From Lepidodermella squamata (taxonomy: Eukaryota; Animalia; Gastrotricha), in assembly GCA_047495785.1 (NCBI GenBank), contig JBLDXI010000042.1, positions 4,712,001-4,776,000 on the forward strand: DNA of 64,000 nt. Reading direction: 5' to 3'. The translations under genes were made by a program, and so were the position numbers. The notes below the pieces were generated by a model. That model made no database searches, was not told the DNA's origin, and saw only the letters and a list, made by a program, of their open reading frames with translations. Positions 31,468-44,400 of this stretch are shown piece after piece. Position 1 is the first letter of the stretch. Every line of letters starts with the position of its first letter.

Positions 31468-32520
31468 ATGAAGTCCGCAGCCAATCGTCGAAATTTGGAA
31501 CGATATTGCTTCAGAGGATGCCTAATCCTAGCAGGTATCGCCTTAACTATTACCCTAGTCAACAACCGAAACCTCGTCTATGACGACCCGATAGAGCTCA
31601 CAATCTCAACAACTCACAAACCAGTTGAAATCACTATTGAGTTTATGAAAAATACCCAGCCCAAAAAGCCAAATAATGATAAGGCCCCGTTAAAACTTCC
31701 GATTCTCATCGCTGTTATTTCGGCTGCTGGTCAGTTTGAAAAACGAGCCGCGATTCGGTCGACCTGGGGCGATCAAAAACTGCTGAAAACGCAATTAGGA
31801 CCTGACGTTCACGGGCCTTATTTTTTCATCGGAAAGCCTGAAAAGTACAACAAAACAACCAGTGATAAATTGAAGCAAGAAAAGGAGGATTTTCGCGACA
31901 TAGTCACTCTGAAAACAATGGACGATTTTCGACTTTTGACGCCGAAAGTCCAAGAGACATTCGAATGGGTCCGTGGCAAAGTACAAACGTTGGCGCGATA
32001 TTTGCCCGAATTTCATATTTTGAAAACTGACGATGACGCCTACATCAACGTTATTGAAATCGTTCGCAGTTTCTACCCGATGCTGTCGAGGAAAGTCGAG
32101 GATAAAACCATTTATTGCCGCATTATTCAAGGCGCGGCTGTTGTTCGTAGTAACACATCAAAACTTTACGTCTCGAAAGAAGTCTATAAACCAAATTTTT
32201 ATCCGACATATTGCTCCGGAATCGCTTACCTATTCCAAGCTAGTCTGATAGAACCGATTTTGAGCCAGGCAGTGAAATGGCGGAATCGACTGCTACCGAA
32301 TGAGGACACGTTTTTTACGGGCACGATTGCGGAATTTTTGGGCTTGAAGCATGTGGATCTTGGCAGGGTCGAGCCGTTCGCGGAGCCGGGGTTGTGGCCA
32401 GCTGAAACTTTGTGCAAATTCGGCTCGCGGACTGGCGATTTCAGGCACGTTGTTCACCGAGTGACCCCGGATGAAATGCGACAAATTCATGCATGTGTCG
32501 CTCAAAATGTGACAAAATAA
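31468..32520 (+). CDS. Beta-1,3-galactosyltransferase family (GT31); intronless
   Basis: N-terminal TM helix; RAAIRSTWG; LKTDDDAYIN; YPTYCSGIAY; EDTFFTG. Confidence 0.9.
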   Translation: MKSAANRRNLERYCFRGCLILAGIALTITLVNNRNLVYDDPIELTISTTHKPVEITIEFMKNTQPKKPNNDKAPLKLPILIAVISAAGQFEKRAAIRSTWGDQKLLKTQLGPDVHGPYFFIGKPEKYNKTTSDKLKQEKEDFRDIVTLKTMDDFRLLTPKVQETFEWVRGKVQTLARYLPEFHILKTDDDAYINVIEIVRSFYPMLSRKVEDKTIYCRIIQGAAVVRSNTSKLYVSKEVYKPNFYPTYCSGIAYLFQASLIEPILSQAVKWRNRLLPNEDTFFTGTIAEFLGLKHVDLGRVEPFAEPGLWPAETLCKFGSRTGDFRHVVHRVTPDEMRQIHACVAQNVTK

Positions 32521-33924
32521 TTTATATTTTTCTAGTCGAAACTTCTTATTTTATTACTTTTAGAAAATAATAAAAGCTATTGTGATATTTGTCAACAAAA
32601 CTATTCAAGGTATACGCCAAATTATAGCAAATTCTGCTGTTTTAAGCGAGGAATGACCAAAAAACATCATTTTTGACCACTTTTACAACGATTATCCGAG
32701 CAATTCCGCTGGATCACTCTCGGCCGCAGGTTACCTGGCCTATACAGAATTTTGCAGGCTTGAGTTGAGGTAAATTTGAGATAAACTCCGAATAAGTTGA
32801 GTTGAAGTAGCCACCTGGAATCACTTGTCACTTGCGTTGATTTGACTCCGTTATAGTGACAAGTCAAAAACTGACCACGCGACCATCAAGAATGCAAAAA
32901 CTGTTCCTGAATCATTTTGGCACACGTAAAAGTACTAGCGTGTTCGATCTATCTATTTAATTTATCTATGATAAACGACAGCAAGATATTGAAAATCGGA
33001 TGCGCGATTAGGACTATATATAGCTTTCTAACTCAATGGCAGCGGATCGCGTGTTCCACGTTTTCTATGGGCGGGTTTATGGCAGCGCGAGTCGATCAAC
33101 AGTCTTTCGTCGGTCAAATGGACGTCGAAAATGTTATCGCCGTTTTCGGCCAAGCGGGCTGTGGCCTCAAGTACTTATGCTTGCATGAACGCCAGAAAAA
33201 TGATGTGCATGTTGTTTGGCCGGCCGGAAACCGAACACTGTCGCTGCAGGAGTGCCGCAATTGCCTGGTCATCCTCAAAAAATGTATAATCTACGTTTAG
33301 CCTTGTTAGCTTGTTTTAACTAAAACTTGTTGACCTCTTCCACGGTTTCGATGAACTCTGTTTTAAAGACGGTGCTCACCTAGAGCCTCCTGTTATTCTA
33401 CCCATATTTTATAATTCTACATTCGCCAGGATTTTTATTTGTAAACCTAGCTTATAACTTAACCGCCAACCAAGGATTACGGGAGAGCTGCTAAACAACA
33501 ATGGGGCGTTGACCCCTTGGAGGAATGAGGTTGACCCGCCCCACTGCTCCGTTACGTAACACTCACTACACGCACACTCTGCGTATGCGCTCTAGTACTT
33601 TCTAATGGGTTCTATCGGATTAAATAACGAATTCGCGCAAGAAGTGTTACGCTCTGCGCACTATCGTTGGCAGTTCTGGAGCATGTCGATAGAGAACTTC
33701 GACGTTTCGTCAGTGAAGCATACTCTCTCCTCTTTTAATGTCGCATTTATAATTGTTTTGTATTATGATACATATTGATCTTTTATATTGGGGGAAAAGG
33801 AAAAACTGGTCAAAAAAGGGTCGCCAAAACGGGATTTCACCGTAGGTAAGAACTGCTTGAAACTAGTCTGACTGTCTGACCGCTTATCGATGAGGTTTTA
33901 CTCGATTATTTCTATCTTTCTGTC

Positions 33925-35220
33925 ATGGTTTATAGACTTGTTACTGACATGACGTATATCTTCTGCAAAGATTGTGAAATTGATCAGTCGTTACAAAAGA
34001 ATGACGAATGCGACATTAAACGAGGAGAGAAAGGCTGCTTCACGGACGAAATTCCGTCGAAATGCCGAAGTTGTGGGCATCTTCTCCACCGGCATGCTCC
34101 AGAACTACCAACCGTACCAGGTTAGTCTCTTTGAACTTATTTTTTCGACGAGTAGCTTAACTCAGCTCTGACTCGCAACGAGAAATTCGATGTCTCGAAT
34201 TATAATCTAAATTGTTCGTATTTCATTTCATTATAATAAGACAATTTCATAGAAGAACGTAGGAAATGATAAAACCTTATCTTGAGTGATTCTATAGAAG
34301 TGTTACGTCTTTTTGCAGCTTACTCACCTATAGATCGATTTCGAAAGCTGCTCCCGGCAGAGTATGAACTGGACGACGAAACAGAAAGTGTGATTAAGCA
34401 ATATTTCTCTAGCCGACTACTAACTGATAACAAACCGGATGATGCCGTTCAGATTTTTCTTGACGCTAAATACCATCCACGAAAAATGACGCAACTGTGT
34501 TTTGAGCGAACGCATAACTTGCTCGTTGATGGCAAGTTTGATGTTAGCTCGACAGCTGCGAAAGCGAATTTACTCCTTGCTTTCCATACAAGGACAGCTC
34601 AACCTTTTCTGCTCAAGTTTGGATCTCATGATGCTGTTAAGAACGAGTTTGCAGCTTACGAAAGGTTGCGATTTGAGGACGATGATGCTGCTATTCGGAA
34701 TTTTATTGTTCCCATGGCGCTTCTCACGGTTGAGGATTCTGGGCGAGTTTGGTCTGCTATTCGAATGCCTCTCATGCACAATTCGCTGGAAGTGGTTGCC
34801 CATCTTGCTGAAGATCTCATTTACGAGAAGCTGCGGAATAATACTTTCCCAGCGTTGAAATTCATGCACGCTAATTCTGTCTATCATATGGATGTCAAAC
34901 CTGCCAACATCCTCATCGGACCCGGGCTGAATTGGTTTTTATGTGATCTGGGATCTGCTGTCGTCGGAGAACACAAGAAGTCTAATAGTGCCACACCATG
35001 CTACATTCCAAAGGATTTATTTCAGCGATCTTCCGTTGGATTCGATTATGCGCTATTGGCTGTTACCGGGCTTGTCATGATCGACAGAAGTTTGCAAGTA
35101 AGCGCGAAAACAGTCAACGACCTCCGAGGCATGGTTCGTTGTTCAATCCAGCTCGATAACTTCCGGGTATGGCTCTTGGAATTACTGTCACTTGCTGAAA
35201 CCTTTGACTTGTTTTGTTGA
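33925..35220 (+). CDS. Orphan protein kinase with an N-terminal Cys/His-rich domain; exons ~33925-34120 and 34298-35220
   Basis: Exon 1 CKDC...C...CF...CRSCGHLLHRH; phase-1 intron 34121-34297 joins in frame; kinase motifs LLK, NE, HMDVKPANIL, DLG, TPCYIP, DY. Confidence 0.7.
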
Positions 35221-35337
35221 TTACGTTAGTTTAGTTAAGTTTGAAAAGTAAAGTTGAAAAAAGAATTATCGAAGTCTCTTGTGAAAGTGTCTCATCTTTA
35301 ACGAGTAAGTTCCGGAACCGTATCTTGACCAGCTGAT

Positions 35338-35482
35338 GACCGGCGATTTCAGGCATATTGTTCACCGAGTTACCTGAAAAGCGACAAATTCATGCATATG
35401 CTGCTCAAACTGTTACACCATATTAATTTATTTTTCTAGTCCAAACTTTATAATTTTATAAAATAATAAAAGCCTTTGTGAC
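35338..35482 (+). pseudogene. Degenerate copy of the GT31 gene 3' end and 3'UTR (32430-32587)
   Basis: Shared GGCGATTTCAGGCA..TTGTTCACCGAGT, GCGACAAATTCATGCAT, TTTTTCTAGTC, AAAATAATAAAAGC. Confidence 0.85.
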
Positions 35483-36868
35483 AGTTATAGGTCTCTCTGG
35501 CAATTTATTCATCTAAAATTACTGACTGATTCATACTGCGCTTGTAGGTATATTACAGTCCTTATCTTTTAGTGGCATTAGTGCGCGCGCCCTGTGACAT
35601 GTGTATGTGAATCAACCAATCAGCGCGCGTATATAAAACTATGCGAAAGTGTGCATATGCAAATATCGTTACCCGCTGTGAGGGGTGTTATCTCAGAAAG
35701 CAGTCGAGAATTGGAGCAATTTAGAGTACTCTGGTTTCCGCGCAAAACGTACAAATCTTTCGCCTTTTACTAAAGATTTCCGTGCGTGGGAACATTCAAT
35801 GAGCCTTCGGGCGATTTCTTGGGCTTCTCCTCAGAAGGGAAGCGAAATGTCAAACACAATTCATGTTCATGGTAAATCAGCACTAGTCTCTCAAATCTTG
35901 CGCGCCGGAAGGGATGAGAATGGGTCTCATGCAGCATTCTCCAACTGGGCCATGGGCCGTGGGTCGGGGAGCCGCTTGATGTCTTTGATATAACTAACGA
36001 TTTCAAAGATTTGTTCTATTTTCTGGTCGCTCTCGCGGCTCAAACACCGGCTGAAACATCGTTAAAAATGAAAGAGGAACTCTATACTTATTTAAGTTAG
36101 GTGTTGAGAAGCCCTGACGTAGATAACCGCCACGACGAGTTACACATTTCTATCGGATTAGTTTCAGCATCACCCGTCTTTCCTATATTACAAGAATAAG
36201 TCTCTTTTATAATACGACAATATTTCCAGAAAAATGATGAAAAATGCATGATTCCATCTTCTATTTTATTGCAAGTTTTTCGTCAACATCGACAAAGTAT
36301 CATTTTTAAGTAGGTATAATTGGAACAGTTTGAAGCACATTTTGACAATAATAAACATTCAAATTATCACATCAGTAGAAATAATAGTGGACGGTTATAC
36401 AATATTGCAACTAAGCTCTCATGATCTGTCGAAAAATTCGCAGCGCCCCAACACCGTATTTAAGAGCAATTTCATCTTTATATTTTTGCGTGAAAAAACC
36501 TAAGTAAGCATCATTGTCTACAATTTTCTGATAGTCCAGCTAGGTCTTGGAGCCATTCATACAGGCAAGAAACAAGTAACAGGTAAAACGATTTTTAATC
36601 ATGAAATTTCATTGTGGTAAATTGTAACGAATAAGGCAGGATTAGAAATATATCTCATCGAGTGACACAAAAAGATACGACCTGGGTGCTGCATGCAACG
36701 TTGAAATTGCGATAATTTATTACTATAAGATAAACATTTAGCACGACAAAAATCCGAGAAAATCTCAACGACCGGATTTTTATTAATTTTTTTTTTGAAA
36801 AATCAGGTCATTACCAAGCGACATTTTTATACTCACAATAATGTTAATACAATAGAATAACAGGGTGT

Positions 36869-37964
36869 TCAAAACTCAATCCAACTGTTGTTCGATTGTT
36901 GTTGCGAGGGCGCGGGGGCAGCCTGTTGAGCCGGAACCGGGTTTTTACCGCCGCTAGACCCGAAATCTAGGCCTAACAAGTCGTCGGAAGTGTCTCGCTT
37001 GATTTGCTGCGGCGCGGGCGCTGTTGTAGTCGCCGAAGTTAGACTGTTATTACTGCCGCTGTTCGACATGCTGCCAGACGGCGGCGGCGCGATGCCGGTC
37101 GCCGGTCTCACATGCGCCACCCTGGAGCCGGGCGGCGGGGGCGGAGGTAGCAGGGCGCCGCCTGGCCCGCCCAAGCCACCACCTGTTGATTTCTCCTTCA
37201 CCTTCATCGCGCCCATTTTGATGGTTATCGACTCGCCCTCGCGGAAACCGAGGTCCAGCTTCGGCCCGGCTGGCGCTGCACCGGCGGCGGCGGAATTCTG
37301 AGCCGCAACAGTCGCAACTTTGGCCTCTTCCTCGCGTTTCACGCCCTTGAAGTAGTCTTGCAGGGCGACGTTCATGTCGAAACTGTCGGCTCTATCGCGG
37401 AATCCCATGCCGACAAAGGCGTTTCTAGTGCCTGATTCGTCGGTGATTCGGATGACGAAAAAGCGCGACGAGTCGAGGACGGGTTCGATGGCGGGCGATG
37501 GGAAGGCTTCGATGGGGCACTGCGCATACAACTTGCCGCTTTCTTTGTCTTCGAGCTTCAGAAAGCATTTCGAACCAATTGAGATCACTTTCAACCGCCC
37601 TGTCCAGTCTGGATTGTCCAAATTCCAATCTTGAGCTCTAAAAACGACAAAAGAGAGATATCAAACTCAAGTTCTCGATAAAATATCGTTGGAAAATATG
37701 AAATTTATACAAGGATTTGAAAATGAATTTTTTAATAATTCATCAAATTTCGATTTTACCTTCAAATTCTCTCGCGTCTTTCGATTCAATTTTGAAATTA
37801 TTTTTAAAATATGTCATCATTTTATGAATTTTTCTCTCTACATTTTTGTAAAAATATTTCTATGCAACTCACTTGAAGCCACGAGCTGAAGGCCGGGGCG
37901 GGATTTTGTAGACCAGAACTTCGCTTTTCACGCAAAGCACGCTTTCATAGTGATCCTCGGACAT
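36869..37964 (-). CDS. NECAP: Adaptin ear-binding coat-associated protein; exons 37964-37873 and 37637-36869
   Basis: YESVLCVK..VYKIPPR; WNLDNPDWTGRL; DSSRFFVIRI; FDMNVALQD; LDLGFREGESI; C-terminal WIEF (WxxF). Confidence 0.95.
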
Positions 37965-38443
37965 TATTAATAAAAAATAATAACGCCTAAAAATACAGGA
38001 AAAATTTGTAGTAAAATCAAATGCTATTTCGCTCAATTTTCCATACAGAAGCCATTTTTATTTTCGCCGATTCGCAAATAAATAATTTTAAATATCGCTA
38101 TGATTACAATAATGAAGATGTTATCGCGTTAAATTGATACAAACAGGTGCGTATAATTCACAGATTTTTTCGAACCACATTCACCAATTAGTTTTCCAAT
38201 GCCAGTTTGAATTTGAAAGGCAAGTCGCCGGCAGAGAAATCGGACCAACTTCACTCGAATCAGTGAAAAACATCGAAACGACAAAAGAAAACGAACGAAT
38301 GGAGGCTCAAGAAAAATATCACCAACAAATTACGTAGTAGTAGTAGCAATAATAATATATTCCTTACTATATATCACCATATTTAAATCAAGACAGATAT
38401 ATATATGCGAGTAGAAATAGTTTTTTGTTGTTCGATAAAATAA

Positions 38444-41400
38444 TCAATGATATTGGATTTCATTCTGCTGGTATTGCAACCAGTCGTAGGCTCCAGAGCG
38501 CCAATTCTGGCAGCAGTATCGAATAACTTGCAGCATATGATCAGCCGCTTGCTTCTCAGACATTTGCCTGCCCAGCCGCGCCCTCAACTGCTCGATAGTC
38601 CTGCCTCGGAAACACGGCAGCCCCGTGTCGAGCATCAGCGAAACCAGGGTGATGATCGGCTCATCCATCTGCCTAGCGACCAAAAACGCCCGGATGCATA
38701 GATCGATGAATTGCTGGAATCCGGGCGTTGTTTCAGGCCAGGTGGTCGCCGACCCGGACGGGCCACTAGTCGGCAGGGTCTGCCCTGATGAGCCCTGCCC
38801 TGGCCCAGAGGCGCTGGTCGTAACAACCGACTGAACCGGCATAGCTCCAGCCATGACTATCAACAACTCGCGGCTTAGCTTGAAATCAGGCTCAAAGCCT
38901 AAATTTCCACCCGGACTTGATTCGAACAAAAACCCGAAATCAATGTGGACAATACGCCCGGATCCGTCAATCATCAAATTTCCGTTATGCCGGTCTTTGA
39001 TTTGAAGGAGATAGCAAATCAACGAATACGCAGCCATCGATTTGATGAAATTCGCTCGAACTTTTTGAAAAGCCGGCGCCTGTTCTTCGCCGCCGTATTG
39101 CGCTAAGAAATACTCGTATAAACTAGTATCAGTTTGCTTCCCGATTTGATCGATCGATTTCGAATCTGGGACACATTCGATGACCCCGCAACCCGGGGCG
39201 GTGGCTACGACCCGGTACGGCGCTAGGCCCCCGGCGACACTCGACAACCCAGCGGCTGCGAACGAGGCCTGAAGACCTCGAATAATCTGCAGGGCTAAGA
39301 TATCCTGCCTGACATCGTCGCCCACCTTGAAAATCGCACCCTGTTTCCGTGGGTCGAGATTGCGTGGTATCGACATGTCGCCCCGGCCGATTTTTTCAAC
39401 AGCATCCAACCCGCAGGGTAGGATTGAAAAGCGGGCTAGATACGGCGCTTTCGCCGCGCTTTGCATCGGAGTCGCTGATTGATAGTCGATATCAACGACC
39501 AGCGACTCGGGATTCGACGGCAGGTACACCGCACCCTCGGTTGGCAGTTTGACCTGCCGAATTGCGTCCTGGCACGCCTGTTTCCGCTGCGGGCCTTTCG
39601 GGTACGGCCGGATTGTTGCCGAGACGTCGGTTAATTCCTTGAAGAACTCAAACTCGCGGCGGAAAAATTCAAGCCCTGTCCCGGCTAGTTGCTTCTCAAT
39701 CGCGCTCAACAACGAGTCAACAATCGGACCGAGAACGCCGTCGCGTTGCGCCCCGGAATCGTCTCTAAACGCGTTAGTTTGCATGTTCCAAATCAATTGA
39801 TGGGTTAACAGCTGCGAATGAGAGGCGAGCCAGACCAAAACCGATGCCATATAACCCATTGGGTCGTGTCTAAGGGCCTGTACCATTTGTGGGATGTATG
39901 GTAGCAACGCGCTGGGTGGGGATGTTTTCAGCACCCTAGCTGCGTATTGATGGGTCAGAGGGTGCGGCGGGTACAATCGCGAGAAGTAGGCCAATGCAGT
40001 GATAGGGCTAACTGGCGCCCAATGCAACACGTAAGTCAGTTGTTTTGCGTCTGCTTCGAGGTTTTTGATACTCGCGAGGGATGTTAAGGCGGCTGGGATG
40101 TGAACGGCGCCCAGTGGGTCGGCGGTGATGATGCGGGACAGTTCGTTTTTGATGACATCGAGCGGGAATCGACGGGCTAGGCTGAGCGCAACAGCTGGAG
40201 CGATTGTCCAAGCATGTTTCACGATATCACGCCAGACCTAAGAGACGAAAATTGAGCAATAAAGCAATCAAGAATTTCAATTTTAAAATTTTGAAATTAA
40301 CTTTGTACCCTATGGGGTCAAAGGTCAACCTCGAGCCTCGAGCCTCGAGCGATATTTTCGAGCCTCATGAAGAAGATTCCACAAAAATTGAAAAAATGGA
40401 GAAACTGAGTTCAGATCAATTCCCTGGCAACCAACCGCATCATAAGATAATTTGAATTTTTGCGCATCTAGAATTATTGATTATTGAAAAATATATTTTA
40501 CGATACAGAGGTGACAGAGGCATTACTGCTTCTTATATGAAAACAAGAAAAACTAAATTTTGGGTTAGTCTATCGGTGGCTTGTTGGCCCTAGGGATATT
40601 GACTACAGTAAAACCTGTTATCTCGAAGGCTCACGGTGCCATTCGACCCATTCGACTTCCAGAGAGATTCGAGATAGAGGGAGACTGACATATATCGCAT
40701 GAAATCACCACTGGGCCTATTTTAAAGCGTTCATTTAATCACCCCAATATTTTAGAGCACAAATAGCAACATTTTATTGAATATTAGCGCTAGATTTGAA
40801 ATATTCTGTAATTACCCAAGTCACAAGCCGCGTTGTCGGCCCTAAATGCGCTGGGATAGGCCGCGTGACCTGAAATAAAGTGTTCAAGTAGGATTACGCA
40901 ACGCGGGGGTTGACGATTACGAGCAGCTTTAGCATTTCGCCGAGAGCGCTGCAGGTAGGTTAACAACACGCTTAGACCCTCTTTAGCCACTTCGCGCCTT
41001 GCCTTGCGCGCGCGGTATCGCTCAAACTTAAGAAAGAGCTTCGAACATTCGATTTCAAAGAGTCACAATAATGCACCATATGGCTACAGTTCCTTTCCCG
41101 CCCTTCGACTTTCGAGATAGACAGAGTTCGACTTCACAGAGTGAATAATATGGGCTACATGCTGAAAAACCCACGGTTCCTCGGCAAGACTTCGACATAC
41201 ACAGGTTTTCGAGATACACAGAGTTCGAGATAACAGGTTTTACTGTATAAAAATTCGAGAAAATATTAACGTTTTATAATTTTTCTGCTACAACTTTCCA
41301 AATCCAATATACCGTAAATAATGAACCAGTAGACCAGATCGGGGGTTTCAGGTAGGCAAGAAAACCCCAACATGTGAAATGTCTTCAGATTTCAGTTCCT

Positions 41401-44400
41401 GAGATTTTCCATGCTTAGGGATTGAAAACTCAGAAGCCCGGACTGCTATTTCTACGTTTACAGTCTTTTCATTTAGGGAAGTGAATTTTTTATGCTTAAT
41501 GACCTTCAAACTAACTTTCCTACATTTTCCAAGTTTTTAAAGATAAATCGAAAGTTCTTTCAAAAACAAGGACATTTCCCGTTATTTTCTAAATTTTTCC
41601 TCATCATATCAAGATTTTCATGCTTTTCTCAGATTTTACTGGTTTTGATATATTTCCCTTTCTAAAATTTGTATAGATTTCTACTATCTGGCAAATGCAA
41701 TCCTAATCGAATAAATCACACAAAATTTGGGTCTCACCTTGTCTTTAGTTTGCGGGATAATCTCGCGGAACTGCCGAATTTGCTCCCAGCCGGGTATATT
41801 TCGATTCGCCTGGCCCGTCGGGTTATGCCACACCTGCAACCGCTCGATTTCATGCGCGAGCAACAGCAACAACAACGTTCTCTTCGAGCGCCACGAGCGA
41901 ACATACCCCGCCTCGGCATTCATCTCCGTCGAATTCGCCAAACGATGCCGGCGGGCTGAGTTCGACGAAAACGTCGACCCAGCCGTTGAGCGGTAGTAAG
42001 ACCGCTGCTGGCTAACCTCAGCATCGTGCCGAATTATGCCGCCCGTGTTCACAAAACTCGACCCGCCAATCGACACCGAATTCGGCAGGGGGCTAGTTGC
42101 ATTTCCGCCGCCTGAAACCAACCCAGAAGCGCTGTTCACAATCACGCTAGGCAAATTCGCCGCCGAAGATCCGGGTCGAACCGGCGATGGGAAGAATTTC
42201 TTTTCGTTATTAATCGCGTTCCATAACCGGATCAAATCGGTTAGCAACGGCCGCAAATCAGCCCGCTCGTCCAGGGCGAGCATTGTTTGCAACGGTGCGG
42301 CGAAATGGTCGAGTAGAGTCGCGTAAACTCGATCTCGCAACGCCGTTCGAATGATCGAAGACCCCGGCGAGGACCTGGCTCGACTCATCGGAACAGCCCC
42401 GGGTACTAACGCCTCAGATTGCAGAAGATTCAACGCGACTAATGAAAATAGGGCCTTGGCTGATAGGGCTGAAAAACTTCGGCTCATTAAGCAGGGCCTG
42501 AGGCAACGCATAGCCAGGGCGCATAGAATTTCGGCATCAGCCGATTCGGAATATTGGGCTAAAACAGCTTTTTCCGTCAAAAATCGCAAAATAATGACAT
42601 GAGCAAGTACTGGATCGTCGTAATTCGCGGTGGAACTCGGGCTCAACAACGATTCAGACATTTGCTGGGCGAAAATATCAGCCGGTGGGGCTGGGTCGAT
42701 GGAAAACAAGCCCTGTCTCAACACGCTCGACACTTGAAACGCGGCCGAAAGCGACGAAACTAACCGTCCGCTCAAGTCAGACCTAGCCGATAGCAACCAG
42801 TCGAAACACGCCACGGCAGCCGCGGCACAGTCCTGTTTCTGATGGGTAACAGCGTGGCGGCATATCGCGGCAAGCAACGCTCGATCTCGACCGATTTTAT
42901 CACTCGTTTTTTCTTCTGAAACTAACAAGGCAGTCGCGCTGAATAGCAAATCTTGGCACGTATGAGGTTTGCCCGGGTTCAAACTCGGAATTCGCAACGA
43001 GTCGATGTACATTTGGTACAGGGCCCCTGTTTTCTTCTCCTGGGTTGAGAAACCAGTGCGAAACCCGGCTAATTTCGCGGCATACTGGCAACGGTTCATC
43101 AACTGCTGCCAGAGTGATAGCGCCGGGCCTGGAGTACTGGCTAACGAGCTAGAAACCGCCCCGCCATGGCCGATTCCGACAAATCTTAACACACCCTGGG
43201 CAGTCGGGGCCAAGCCGGCCATGCCCATTTCGCCGCTTTTCAACAGGTAATGAATCGCGTGGGATCGGGTAGTCGATGGGGCCCATCGCATAGCCTCGCG
43301 GAAAATATCAGCCGCCCTAAGGCCGAAATCAGTCAGCAACGACTCGCGACCAGCTGGGTTATCAGGCAACTGGATCGAATAACCAGGCGTGTCTGGGACC
43401 GTCAATTCAACTGTTTGCCCTTGAGGCGCGCTGACCAACGCATCGGAGAGGACTTGCAGAATGTCTAAAACCGTCGCTAACACAGTTTTCGACCACAAAA
43501 CGTGCGAAAATCTAGCGACAAGGCGCGTTAAAAAACTATCAGCCGTTCTACGGATGATTTTATGCTGATGGTTGAATTTAACCAGAAGCAACTGGGTTAG
43601 TCTATCCAACAACTGTTCTCGGGCTAATTCTCGCGGCTGGTCGGCAATTGCGCTCAATAAACTGCTGAAAACTGAATCAGCAATTGCGATCAAGGCGGAA
43701 TAAACGCCGGATTTTTCTCGCTGTAACACGCGGTCTTCGAGGTAAATGAACATCCCGTCAATACCGGCCGGGGTTAACGATTGATCCCCGCTTGAACACC
43801 TCATTTCAGCCCGATATTTCTCGATTTTATACACTGACAGTAGGTAAGTGCAATGGGCGAATGATAGACGGGAGACCATGGATGCTGTATCAGCGGCTAG
43901 GGTGTTCGAATTACCAGGCCCGTTTGGTCCGGTCGTGTTACCCTGGTTCGGATTTCCAGCAATATTAGTCGTACTATTCGAATTGGCCGGGCCTAGATTT
44001 GTCGAGGCCGGGACTGCTAACGACACTAGGGACTGGCGGTACTCACTCAACTCAGCCGAAGTAGCTGCGTCCTCACCCAGGGCGCAGGTCGATAGTAACG
44101 ACCGGGTTAAAGCCGGGTCGTTTGGTGAGACTAAAAACGGCGATTTCGCCGCTAAAATCCGCACACTTTCCGCCCACTGTGGGAACCAAAGTGGTTGAGG
44201 CGCGTCTATCGCGAGGCCTGAGGTTATAACAAACAGCCAAACGTCTCGAAACAACTTTTGCTGCTCGGCTAAAATCGGAAGGGAATCACATGCTTGCGAC
44301 ATAGCCGGCAATAATTGGCCTAGACCAACCGCAATCGACGAGGTTGAAACTACAGTGCCTTGATCACGCTTCCTCTTTGCTTCTAATCCAAGCGAGACAA

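Noticed and set aside
33560-33600. Possible Helitron 3' end (ACGCA..TGCGT hairpin followed by CTAG|T) upstream of the kinase
   Set aside because: The stem is only ~5 bp and no 5' end could be identified.
35570-36300. Short ORFs and CCAAT/GCGCGC motifs suggesting a decayed element
   Set aside because: No recognisable domain or termini.
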